Positions 33,891-45,136 of a stretch of 45,136 nucleotides of DNA are shown here, piece by piece. The position numbers and the translations under genes were made by a program. Position 1 is the stretch's first letter. Each line of letters begins with the position of its first letter. This DNA comes from Octopus sinensis (taxonomy: Eukaryota), in contig NW_021834856.1 in assembly GCF_006345805.1 (NCBI RefSeq), positions 1 to 45,136 on the forward strand, given 5' to 3'. Under the pieces are notes generated by a model. The model worked only from the letters and a program-made list of their open reading frames with translations. It made no database searches and was not told where the DNA came from.

Positions 33891-34549
33891 CTGTAAAATA
33901 AATCAGTTTATCGAATTTTTGTAATAAACATATAAGTTATGTATATTTCAAACATTACATAGAAACAAATATAAATTTCACTGTCATGAAATGATTAAAT
34001 ATTTCATAGAATTGAAACATGCATAAACAAAATAGATGCAAACAAAAACACCCATTTGTACATTTAATCTATAAATGATATGGAGGGGTTTTTTTGTTGT
34101 TGTTTAAAGTTAATGTTACCGTTTCAGGCATGTTGCATCCCATATTGCATTATAAATTTTTTTTTTTGCTTTATTATTGCAGAGTGAGTGGTTTGTTGTG
34201 TTGTTGTTCAACCCTAATTGAACAGAGCTCAAGCATTTACAGTTGGCTAAACAACTACAATGTAGTTTAGTTGTTTGGTGAGCAGAAGTGGAATATGATG
34301 ATATATAAGGCTACTATTATTTAATCTCAAGTTACCATCCACAATGGCATTCCAGCGATGATCATCCAATTTTGTTTTTATATATCAGATAGTGGCATCA
34401 TTTGGTTGTTATTTCTAGCAGGACAGACAACAACACTGAGGCTGTCTTGTAAAATTGGCGTTTTGGTGTTGTGGAGTATTGTGGTGCAATGATATTGTTC
34501 TTGTTTAACATCAGTTCAGCACTGTTTCCCGTCAGTTGCAGGCATAGTA

Positions 34550-34950
34550 TGAGGGTAAGTCAAAAACTATATGCACTCTTGTTTCATTAAAACAAAAGTA
34601 GGAGTTGAACAATTACACTATTTTCTGACATATTCCCTTTGCTTTTTGATGCACTTCTTCCAGCAGTCCACAAACTTGTTTACTCCACTGGAGAAGAAGA
34701 ATTTTGGCTGGTTTGGCAGCTACTAATGCACCGCTTCCTATACTTCATTGTCTGTAGCAAACCAATAACTTCATTAAGAGTGTTTGAGCAGTCCAAAGAG
34801 GTGATAGTCAGAAGAGATTAGATCTAGACTGTAATCAGGGTGTTCCAGAAACTCAAAACCCAATTTTTCAATAGTTTCAACAGAGTGGGCATGCTTTGAT
34901 GACAGACCTCAGCATTTGGGGTGAATTGCTGGTTTGTTTGTTGGCCAGCA
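34550..34950 (-). mobile_element. Mariner terminal fragment related to 20608-21848
   Basis: TA+TGAGGGTAAGTCAAAAACTATATGCACTCTTG and TTTTTGATGCAC..CCAGCAGTCCACAA match the left end of the first mariner. Confidence 0.75.
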
Positions 34951-35789
34951 TTTCACCTATAACATGTAGCCATTTTCAAATAGTAGCGCCAATTTGTGGT
35001 AGACGTAATGTTGTATTGCCGAAGAAATATGATTGTCCTTTTCCCATTGGTTGAAATAAATGCTCATATAGGAATTCTTAAAATTAGTTAAAGAATATTT
35101 TTATGTGATTTCAATTCTTTAAAGTCAAGTTGAGCAGTTATAAAAACCCTGGATTTTGGGGAAAACTTTAGTGTATGTGTGATGTAACTAAAATCCATGA
35201 CACTCACTCCTTTGAGATATTGGTTATTTTTTTATGCCATGTCTATGAAAAATCCAACAAGACTTGCTTGAATTGTTGAGATCTATATAGTTAGTATGAA
35301 GAATTAGCGTAAATTTTAAGTTGTAATTCTCTACGACAAAATTACTTTACTTCAAATTGTATTATAAATATTAAAAATGCTAAATGTACATAAATAAAAT
35401 AATGTAATAATTATTTTCTCTTTCTTCACATTCTTCAACTTATTAATGAAATGTATTTCTGTAATTATGAAACTGTATTTTTTTTTATAGCGGTTAAAAG
35501 AACACAAAATTATTTATATTCAACATACATGCATGCATAACGTCCATTAGCGTTTCAGAAAATATATTTCTCACTATTACGTTTATGTAGCTGGAGTCAG
35601 GATTTAAGTATATTGATAAAACTTATGAGTAAGTTATAAGTGACAGGTTTATCATTATATATCCCTACTTCAAAAGCTAAATATATTTATCCATTTCCAA
35701 ATAGGAAACATATAAAAGTAGCATTACACTAACAGTAAACAAACCAACCAGAAAACATCCGCTATATAAAAACTGGTGTCTGCTATAAA

Positions 35790-36510
35790 AAAACTGGTAA
35801 CCCCGACGAATTGGATATTTACCTCCTTTTGTTTTCAAATTAAGTTGTCTAAAATTTCCACAAGGATGCCAGTCAATGAGATTCTTCTTCACCATAACTA
35901 ACGGCGTTGACCAGCTACTACTGGAAGGCTGAATTATACCAAGGTCCAACATATGACTAAACTCAGCCTTAGCAACCTTCAATTTTTCCGGAGATAGTCT
36001 TCTCGGCTTAGAAAAACTTGGTGGTCCTTGTGTGATAATGTGATGTGTTACCGAATGTACACACTTGGTATTTAGAGCTAATTGTTTCGTAATATTAGGG
36101 TAATTTTTCAAAATCCTGTGATAATGATTTTCTGAGGATGCCATGAAATACAATGGACTGACTGTGGCTTTTCTGCATCTCGTTCCTTAAATTTTTAATG
36201 AAGTTTCTGTGTCTAACAGCTTTTGTTTTTTTACATCTACCATTAAATGATAGTGTGCCAGAAAATCTGCCCCTAATATTGGGTAAGGCAAATCCGCAAC
36301 TATGAAGATCCATTTATATTCTCTTCGTAAATTTATATTTAGAGTTAAACTAATTTCTCCAAATGTTTGGATTTCAGATTGATTAACTGCTTGAAGAGTC
36401 AAATAAACAGATTTTGGTTTCTCTTTTAAAAGCTTTACAGGCGAAATTGAACAGGCCACTCCTGTATCAACCAAAAACCTTTCTTTTGAGTTCATGCCAA
36501 AAACGAAAAA
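35790..36510 (-). mobile_element. Ty3/gypsy pol fragment (aspartic protease plus start of RT)
   Basis: FLVDTG, YPILGADFLAHY and PRRLSPEKLKVAKAEF..MLDLGIIQPSSSSWSTPLVMVKK..W.PCG.FRQLN; no LTRs seen. Confidence 0.85.
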
Positions 36511-36519
36511 TACGTGACT

Positions 36520-36955
36520 TTTAATGATGCTCTCCACACACTGTAGCCTGTACTGGTAACTGTAGACTCCTTCTCCAGGTAATGTTCCAGTATGATGGTC
36601 AGGCAGTAGTAGATGACAGAAGCGATGTACATGTTCACCACCTCTGCCCGATCTTTTAGGGACAGCTTCAACTTGGCCCATTGCCAGACGAGAGTGGGCA
36701 CCCTACTCATTATCTCTTTCCAGTTCTTCTCCGTTTGGAGGTCCAGACCAAACTAGATCCTGAGCAACTCGACCAGACCATCGGTCCGGCATCCCACGAT
36801 GGAGGTGCTGGTGGACGGCATAGGCTTGTTTCTCCAGGTGCCGAGCTGCAAGCCCACTGACTTTTCATGATTGATTTTCGCTCCTGTTACCACTTCGTAT
36901 TCTTTCAGTGTCTCACCGACCAGCTCGATGTCCTTCTGGCTAGACACTATGATGT
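36520..36955 (-). mobile_element. L1/Tx1-like ORF2 fragment, same family as 21870-26100
   Basis: GAKINHEKSVGLQLGTWRNK and KLSLKDRAEVVNMYIASVIYY are homologous to 22300-22600. Confidence 0.78.
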
Positions 36956-36959
36956 TGTC

Positions 36960-38960
36960 ACATTAGAACAACACATAAGTGTACTTCTTATGGGAGATTT
37001 CAATCTGTCCAATGTCAGATGGCTCAAGGGCCTTTCTCTCCCAGAAATGATACGATGCGAACGAGGACAGGTGAAGTCCCTCCTGAACCATGTCAACACT
37101 TTGTACATGGAACAAATAGTACTCCAGCCAACCAGGGCAGGTAACATACTGGATCTCTGCTTCACAAATAATATGGATCTCATCCATAATGTGAAAGTGA
37201 CACCGACACTACTCTTGGTTCACATGGTAGAGTTGACCATGTATGGACCAAAGGAAACCATGGACATGTGGCCTACACAAAACTCACAGAATCTTTCCAG
37301 TTTGAACTTCCATAAGGCAAACTGGAAACAAATTGAGAAAGAGATCCTAAAACAAAACTGGCCTCACCTGACATCAACATGAAACTTCAACAATTCATGT
37401 CTGTAATGCAAGCCATATGCTACAAATGTGTCCCGGGGAGAAAGGCCACTGTACAAAAAAACAAAATCCCCAAAGACAGGAAAATTCTTATGCGACAGCG
37501 TACAAAAGTTCCAAATCACCTAAACAAACAGTGAAAAGTCTGGCCTGAAAATACAACTGCTGGAGATTGAAAAAGATCTGCAACTCTCCTGTGAAAAAGA
37601 AAGAGCAGACAAAGAAGCCTGGGCTCTAGACAATATAAAATCTAATCCCAGAGCTTTCTACAATTTTGCCAAAGAAACAGCTTCAGTGCACTGCAAGATA
37701 GGGCTACTCATCAAAAAAGATGGTACACTCACAGGAAACCCAGTGAGGATAAGTGAAATACTAAATGAGCCATTCAAAAGTATTTTCACTCCACCCCTAG
37801 GGCACTTTCAAGTCAGCAATCCAACTGACTTTTTTACCACTGCAGATATAAAAACAGATGATCAATATAAAGGAAAACGATGTAACAAGGGCTATAGATG
37901 AAATGAACCCAAACTCAGCTACTGGCCCTGATGGATTCCCAGCAATCCTTCAATAGGTATGTAAGCGAGTCCTAGCAAGACCACTGCAGTCCCTCTTTCA
38001 GAACTCCCTTGCAACTGGCAAACTGCCAAGAAAAGCTGAAGGAGGGTAAAATATGCCCTATTCATAAAGGAGGTAGCAGAGCGGAAGCCAAGAACTACAA
38101 ACATATCTCTCTGACCTCACACATCAGCAAGGTCATGAAACGAATAGTCAAAAGAAAACTAATCGCCTTCCTTGAAGAAAATGACTTGCAGCCTGACACC
38201 CAACATGGTTTCCGACCAAGAAGAAGTTGCCTGACTCAGCTCTTACAACACTATGACTGGGTGCTGAAACAGCTGCTCAACCACTCAAATGTGGAAGTGA
38301 TATATCTCGACTTTGCAAAGGCCTTTGATAAAGTTGATCATGAAATGATATGGTCACAAACTGCGTGATCTCGGCATAGTCGGAAAATTGGGAGAATGGC
38401 TTCATGACTTTCTGAAGGATAGAAGTCAGGTGGTAGTAGCCAATGGGGCCACCTCCAATGACACGCAAATATTGAGCAGTGTTTATTGAGTTTAATGCTG
38501 AAAAGTTTCAAGCCTTGTGCTATCAGCATGCAAAACTAAATGCAATACCCATTAAATACACTGGACCTGGAGAGATTGCAATCCCAGAGGCACAGTCAGT
38601 AAGAGACCTGGGCATTTACATGTGCCTGTTGCTAAATTGGCAATGAAATGCAGGTGGCTGACGGAATGGATTCTTGGAACTTTTAGAACAAGAGATCAGG
38701 AAACTATGATGGTCCTCTGGAGGACACTTGTCCTAAGCCACTTTGACTATTGCTCTCAGCTATGGTCACCAACCAGAGTCAAATTAATCTCAGAACTTGA
38801 AGCAATCCAATGAAGCTACACGAAGAAGATAGCTTCTATGCAGCATGTAAGCTATTGAGATTAAGACTCTATTCCTTAGAGCGTAGGCGAGAAAGATATG
38901 CCATAATATACATCTGGAAGATCCTGGAAGGACTTGTCCCAAGCTTAGGCATCGAGAGTT
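36960..38960 (+). mobile_element. CR1-like LINE copy 1 (endonuclease end plus RT with internal deletion, 3'-truncated)
   Basis: LMGDFNL, NILDLCF, QHGFRPRRSCLTQLL, YLDFAKAFDKVDH, LERRRERY; the QG/YADD core is deleted near 38483. Confidence 0.88.
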
Positions 38961-39199
38961 ACACAAATATTGAGTTTTCTTGAATTTTTGCTTAATTGGG
39001 GGTCAAATTGAAAAAACTTTACATGACATGACCCAATCGAATCTACTTGGAAAAATCATAGGTAAATTCCAATTGAAGAAATTCTATATTGTAGAATTGT
39101 ATTAAAAAGAAACATGGAAACAGGCAGAGAAAATCTGCCTTTTATCATAAGAGATATAAGTTCAGCAAAATTTAGATTCAAATGAAGTTAGATGCACCA

Positions 39200-39930
39200 G
39201 AATTTTGTATGGTGTTATCCATATAAAATAGGAAATGACTAGTGACCTGAGACCTTTGCAAATATGCTGTGCTTTAGAATACTCGGCAAGCCAAATGAGA
39301 CCATAACCTCGTGGCCTGTGCCAGGGGCATAACCAGCCCACTTGTGCGTACCTTTTCCTTCTTTGGACACTAAACTCTGCTCGCGAAGACCTGTTGAGGC
39401 AAGTGAAATCGAAATCAAAATCAAAGGGAAATTTGATGACGGGCATGAGCACCATACGAGTGTGATCATTGACAGAGCAGCTAACCAGCTTCTGTGCCAG
39501 TGGCACATAAAGGGCACCATTCGAGTGTGATCATTGCCAGCTTCGCCTTACTGGCACTTGTGCCCCGTGCTAGTAGGGTGCTAAAAACACCATCCGAGCA
39601 GCTAACTGGCTTCCATGCCGGTGGCATGTAGGAGGCACCATTCGAGCGGGATCATTACCAGCATCGCCTTACTGGCACTTGTGCCGTTGGCATGCGTAAA
39701 AAATTCAAGCTAGGTCATTGCCAGCACTGCCTGACTGGCCCCCGTGCCAGTGGAACGTAAAAGCACCCACTACACTCTCGGAGTGGTTGGCGTTAGGAAG
39801 GGCATCCAACTGTAGAAACTCTGCCAGATCAAGACTGGAGCCTGGTGCAGCCATCTGGTTCGCTAGCCCAGTCAAACTGACCAACCCATGCTAGCATGGA
39901 AAGCGGACGTTAAACGACGATGATGATGAT
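39200..39930 (+). mobile_element. RTE 3' UTR fragment (subfamily of copy B) with minisatellite units and (GAT)n tail
   Basis: Matches 19590-19920 and the tail module at 16000-16166. Confidence 0.88.
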
Positions 39931-39968
39931 TATATATATGTATATTATATATATATTATCTTTTGCTG

Positions 39969-42256
39969 TAGTTTCAGCTCATAGCTGTGGCCATGCTGAT
40001 GCACTGCCGTTTTGCTACACAGTTATTACTGAGAGCCTCCTCCAATATGTGGCACTTGGTGAAGATTGGAGTTTGATGTAGGTACCTTCATTTGCACCTC
40101 TTGCCATGAGGTAGGTTCATCTGGGACTCTTGACAGGAAGATGTCCAGCTTTGATTTAAAAACACCTACATCTACTTTGTGCAGGTTCCTCAGACTGAAA
40201 CCCAGGCTGTTGCAATAACTGGTCCTGAAGTGCGATGGCATTGCTGGGATCTTTGGCACTATGCAGTGTTGCCCATTCTGGCATTGGTGTAGCTTTCAAT
40301 GCCAAAATTTGACACAATTCCTTCCAGGATCTTCCAGATGTATATTACTGCATACCTCTCCCGCCTTCTCTCCAGGAAGTAGAGTCTTAGCTGTTTCAGC
40401 CTTTCCCAGTAGCTGAGCAGTTGCAAGGAGACGATCTTCTTTGTGAATCTTCTCTGGATTGCTTCAAGGTCCGCTGTTAATTTCACAGTGGTGGGTGACC
40501 ATAGCTGGGAGCACTAATCCAGGCAGCTGAGGACGAATGTCTTCCAGAGGAGCATCATGGTTTCCTTATCTTTAGTTCTGAATGTTCTCAGGATCCATCC
40601 AGCCAGTCGTCTGCATTTTGTCACCATCCTGGTAATGTGCACTTGGAAAGAGGTATTATCACTCATGTCGATACCCAGGTCCCCTACTGATTTAGGCTCT
40701 GAGATTGAAATTCCCTGAGGACCAGTGTACCCTGTAAGTTTCATATTCAGTTTTGGATGCTGGTAATGCAGGGCTTGGAATTTTTCAGCATTAAACTGCA
40801 TAATATTACCCTCAGCCCATCTGTAAATTGAGTCCAACTCCTGCTACAGATGTGCAACATCGCTGGGGTTCTGTATTTTTTGCGACTACTGCCTGACTTC
40901 TATCTTTCAGAAAGTCATGTAACCACTCTCCAAGTTTTCCAGCTATGCCAAGATCACGCAGTTTATGGCATATCATACCATGATCCACCTTGTCAAAAGC
41001 TTTTGCAAAATCAAGGTATATACATCCACATTTGAATTGTTGAATAACTACCTCAACACCCAGTCATAATGTTGTAAGAGCTGGGTCAGGCAGCTCCTAC
41101 CTGGTCGAAAGCCATGCTGGGTATCACTCAGCAAGTTATTTTCTTCAAGGAATGCGATTAGTTACCCAGTGACTCTTCCTTCCATGACTTTGCTGATGTG
41201 TGAAGTCAGAGAGATAGGCCTATAGTTTTTGGCATCTGCTCTGCTTCCTCCTTTATGGATTGGGCATATTCTTCCCTCCTACAGCTTGCTTGGCAGTCTG
41301 CCATTTGCAAGAAAGCCTTGGAAGAAAATCTGGAGGGGTTTTGCCAGGGCATGCTTACACGATTTGAGGAGGATTTCTGGGAAACCATCTGGACCAGCAG
41401 TTGAGTTTGTGTCCACTTCATCTATGCCTAGTAGTATATCTTCTTCGCTAATGTCAATGTATTCCATTGTAACTGCCTCGCTGGTTATAGGTGAGGCGGC
41501 AAAGAAGTCCACTGGTTTGTTTACTTGTCTGTGTTCCAACGGGGTGGTAAAGACACTTTTGAACTGGTCATTCAGTATCTCACTGATCCTCATTGGACTG
41601 TCTGTGAGGGAGCCATCCTTTTGGAAGAGGGGTCCTATCATGCAGCATACTGAGGCTGTTTCTTTCCCATAATGAAAGAAGGCCTTTGGGTCTGACTTAA
41701 TGTTTTTTATAACCTAGGCTTTTTTGTCTGCTTTCTCCCTCACATAGGATTGTTGCAGCCTTTTTTCTATCTCCATCAGTGTTGTTTTTAGGCAGGACCT
41801 TTTGCTACTTTTGAGATGTTGGTTGAGTCGATTTGCAACCTTCGTCCGTCGTCCCATGAGGATCTTCGTCTCCCTTGGAATCTTGTTCTTATTTGTGCTC
41901 TGGGACCTATTTCTGGCATATGGCTTGCACAACAGACATGAAACATTCTAGTTTCATGTCAATGTCTGGTATGGAGAGACATTTCAGCCAGTCCTCTCTG
42001 AGGATCTCTTTTGGGATTGATTTCCAATCCGCTTTGTGGAAGTTCAGATTGGAGAGATTTTGGGTGCTTCCTTTAGGCTGTATCTCTCTGGTTACTTTTG
42101 GCCCAAACATAGACAGCTCTATTATGTTGTGATCCGAGACTAATATCGGCATCACTTTCACATCATGAATGATGTCCATATTGTTCGTGAAGCAGAGATC
42201 CAGAATGTTATTTGTGCTAGTTGGTCTGAGTACAGCTTTCTCCATGAATAGGGCAT
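39969..42256 (-). mobile_element. CR1-like LINE copy 2 (RT core deleted)
   Basis: ORFs 41907..42278 (NILDLCF), 41279..41641 (AGPDGFP) and 40259..40837 (LERRRERY); shares its 3' end GTTTCAGC..GAGCTGTGGCCATGCTG with copy 3. Confidence 0.88.
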
Positions 42257-42329
42257 AAAAATTATATAAAAAATACATAAAAATATATAAAAAAATATAT
42301 AAAAATATATAAAATCTTCTTGGGACATA

Positions 42330-43130
42330 ACACAGAAAGCATGTTCTATCTGTTTTCTTTAGGGGACCAAAAACGTAACAGAAATTTAGTCACATGTGGG
42401 CATGATCCGAAAAGCTCTGTCCTTGTATTTAGACATGTGGTAGGGTCTAAGCTGCTTTTCCAGATAAGCTATCTCTCCATGTCGCATAAACCGCACCTTC
42501 CGCTGCCGTTAGTATAGGGCTTACATCTGGCCAAAATCTTCCATTGTATGTTATAATCGACACCTTTATCTCTTAAAGACCAAATATAATTGGATAATTG
42601 TGTCGCTTTTCTTTTGTTCCAGTGCCTAAAGCTCAAAGTGTGGTTATTGAACCTGGCCTTGAAATTACCCTCTGTCAGGCCCACGTATTTCTTTGTCGAA
42701 ACGGTGTCTTTAGTGGGTATAGAGTCCACGGCAGCTTCGTAGATGATGGTCTTGGACATGCAAGCTCCATTTAGCGGGCACAATTTTTTTATTCCTGCAT
42801 GAACAGCTGTTTTCGTATTGTGGTTTTTGTGTGTTATGTGCAATTATATTTTTAAAATTGGTAGTTGAGTTGAAACTAATTTTTAAGCTGTGTTTATTGA
42901 AGAGTTTCCTGTAAGTATGGTTAACTGGAAAATGTCTATCTATCAGCGCAAAGAAATATTTATTTATATTGAAGGTCACCTCGGGTGAGTAGAGAGGTGT
43001 GAACTAAATGATCTTCCTATTTCTATTTCTCCTTTTCTTTATTGTTGGGCTAGTAACAGGTGTATAAGTTATTTTTTCATTAAAACCACTATCTTTTAGA
43101 GCCTTATTGGGTCATTATATGAGCGGTCAT
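42330..43130 (-). mobile_element. Penelope-like element 3' part: RT thumb end plus GIY-YIG endonuclease
   Basis: IIYEA...KKYVGLTEGNFKARFNNH..SF, LSNYIWSL, WKIL...CGLC, and upstream RKII*FTPLYS and HTYRKLFNKHSLKISF are typical PLE motifs. Confidence 0.85.
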
Positions 43131-43217
43131 TCGGATTAGCGCTTTGTATAAGTAGCAGTCTATAACACAGTAATTCCCTTTTGTATAACGGTCTTTTTTC
43201 ATAGTGTTTTTCAGATG

Positions 43218-43287
43218 GCCAGATAACCAAAGAGATGGTGGTGTGGATTTCCATCTCGGCATCCGAAACTCAGAGTTTTATCTTGGC
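43218..43287 (+). ncRNA. Decayed type I hammerhead ribozyme (Penelope-type)
   Basis: Stem I GCCAGATAA / TTATCTTGGC; core CCAAAGA (CUGANGA with two changes); GAAA; palindromic stem III AACTCAGAGTT; GUU triplet. Confidence 0.5.
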
Positions 43288-43325
43288 TACTGAATAATTG
43301 TCACATATTTTACAGATATATATAT

Positions 43326-45136
43326 GATTGATTGATTGATTGATTCTAGTTTCAGCTTATGAGCTGTGGCCATGCTGGGGCACCGCCATTTGGTGTTGCT
43401 ACTTGGTTTCACTTCACGAAAGCTTTCTAGCAACTGCCAATTGGTGCATGAGAGAGTTCGATGCAGCTGCCCTCATCTGCCCCTCCTGCCGTGAAGTTGG
43501 TTCATCTGGGACACCTGACATTTTAAAGACATCTGCATCCACCCCATGCAGGTCTCTCAGGTTCTTCGGGAGGATATTGAAGAGCTGTGGGCCTCGGAAG
43601 CCCAGGCTATCACAGAATCTTGTCCTACATCTTGACGGCAAGTTTGGAGTCCTAGGCACCACGCAGTGGCGCCCAGTTCTGGCATTTGCGTAACTCTCGA
43701 TGCCAAAGTTCAGGACACGTCCCTCCAGGATCCTCCAGATGTATATTATGGCATATCTTTCACGCCTACGCTCCAGGGAATATAGTTTTAATCTCTTGAG
43801 TCTTTCCCAGTAGCTTACATTCTGCATAGAGGCTATCTTCTTCGTGTAGCTACGTTGGATCGCCTCGAGCTCTGTGATCAACTTGACACTGGATGGTGAC
43901 CATAACTGAGAGCAGTAGTCAAAGTGGCTTAGGACAAGTGTCCTCCAGAGGACCATCATGGTTTCTTGTTCTCTTGTTCTAAAGGTTCTGAGGATCCATC
44001 CGGCCAGTCGTCTACATTTCATTGCCAATTTAGCACATGTACACGAAAGGTCGCGTCATCACTCATGTAAATACCTAGGTCACGCACTGATTGTGCCTCT
44101 GGGATTGCTATTCCTCCGGGTCCAGTGTATTCATTGGGTAATTGCATTTAGATTTGCATGCTGATAGTATAGAGCTTGAAACTTTTCAGCATTGACTGCA
44201 TGCTATTCTTTTCGGCCCACTTGTATATTTTGTCCAGCTCACATTGCAGGTGTTTAGTGTCCTCAGGGTTCTGTATTGCCTGTGAAACTTTTGTATCATC
44301 TGCATAACTTGTGATCGTGGCTCTCTGCGTGGCTGAGGGCATGTCTGAGAGGGCCATTATGAACAGTAGTGGTCCCAGAACAGTGCCCTGCGGAACACCG
44401 CTCACTATTTGCGTGTTAATGGAAGTGGCCCCATTGGCCACTACCACCTGACTTCTATCTTTCAGAAAGTCATGAAGCCATTCTCCCAGTTTTCCAACTA
44501 TGTTGAGATCATGCAGTTTGTGACATATCATTCCATGATCGACTTTATCAAAGGCCTTTGCAAAGTCGAGATATATCACTTCCACATTTGAGTGGTTGAG
44601 CAGCCGTTTCAGCACCAGTCATAGTGTTGTAGGAGCTGAGTTAAACAGCTTCTCCCTGGTCGGAAACCATGTTGGGTGTCGGCAGCAAGTCATTCTCTTC
44701 AAGGAAGGTGATCAGCTTCCTTCTGACTATTCGTTCCATGACCTTGCTGATGTGTGAGGTCAGAGAGATAGGTCTATAGTTTTTGCTTCCGCTCTGCTAC
44801 CTCCTTTATGAATGGGGCATATTTTACCTTCCTTCAGTTTTCCTGGAAGTTTGCCAGCTGCAAGGAAGCTCTGAAAGAGGAACTGCAGTGGTCTTGCTAG
44901 GACTCTCTAACATGCTTTTAGGAGGATTGCCAATCCATCGGGGCCAGTAGCTGAGTCTGTTTTCATTTCATCTATAGCCTTGATTACATCATCGTCTTCC
45001 TTTATATCGATGTAATCTATCGTCGCCGCCTCTGATTTATATCTGCAGTGGTAAAAAAGTCAGTTGGATTGGTGATTTGGAGATGCCCAAGGGGTGGAGT
45101 GAAAACACTCTTGAATTGCTCATTCAGTATTTCACT
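43326..45136 (-). mobile_element. CR1-like LINE copy 3, RT to 3' end with (AATC)n tail; runs off the window edge
   Basis: ORF 44148..44615 (DFAKAFDKVDH, SGVPQGTVLGPLLF, SYADDTK); ORF 43414..44028; TGATTGATTGATT tail at ~43326-43345. Confidence 0.92.

Noticed and set aside
33891-45136. Upstream AAGAB exon (W.I..KYY.A motif)
   Set aside because: Not found; the region is almost entirely TE-derived, so the exon probably lies beyond the window.

Overview
Eukaryotic, repeat-saturated genomic DNA. The repeat families look like those of an octopus or other coleoid cephalopod; this is recognition from memory, not a database result. The only host coding sequence found is three small minus-strand exons of an AAGAB (alpha/gamma-adaptin-binding protein p34) orthologue at 33791-33890, 20362-20448 and 4826-4903. 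They splice in frame and are separated by introns of about 13.3 and 15.5 kb. The introns and flanks are packed with mobile-element relics. These comprise three long RTE-clade LINEs plus many (GAT)n-tailed 3' fragments, an L1/Tx1-like LINE, three CR1-like LINEs, Penelope-like fragments with a decayed hammerhead ribozyme, a hAT element with intact TIRs and 8-bp TSD, mariner relics, a gypsy pol fragment and tRNA-headed SINEs. The most notable observations are five. (1) A C4HC3 PHD finger is inserted inside the RT domain of all three long RTE copies. (2) A perfect 139-bp inverted repeat lies in an intron. (3) A 421-bp terminally redundant insertion has its own 8-bp TSD. (4) A bipartite (5'+3') internally deleted RTE is present. 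(5) Inverted repeat pairs bracket the in-frame-skippable AAGAB exons. Coordinates of decayed elements are approximate (tens of bp); exon, TIR, TSD and inverted-repeat coordinates were counted by hand.
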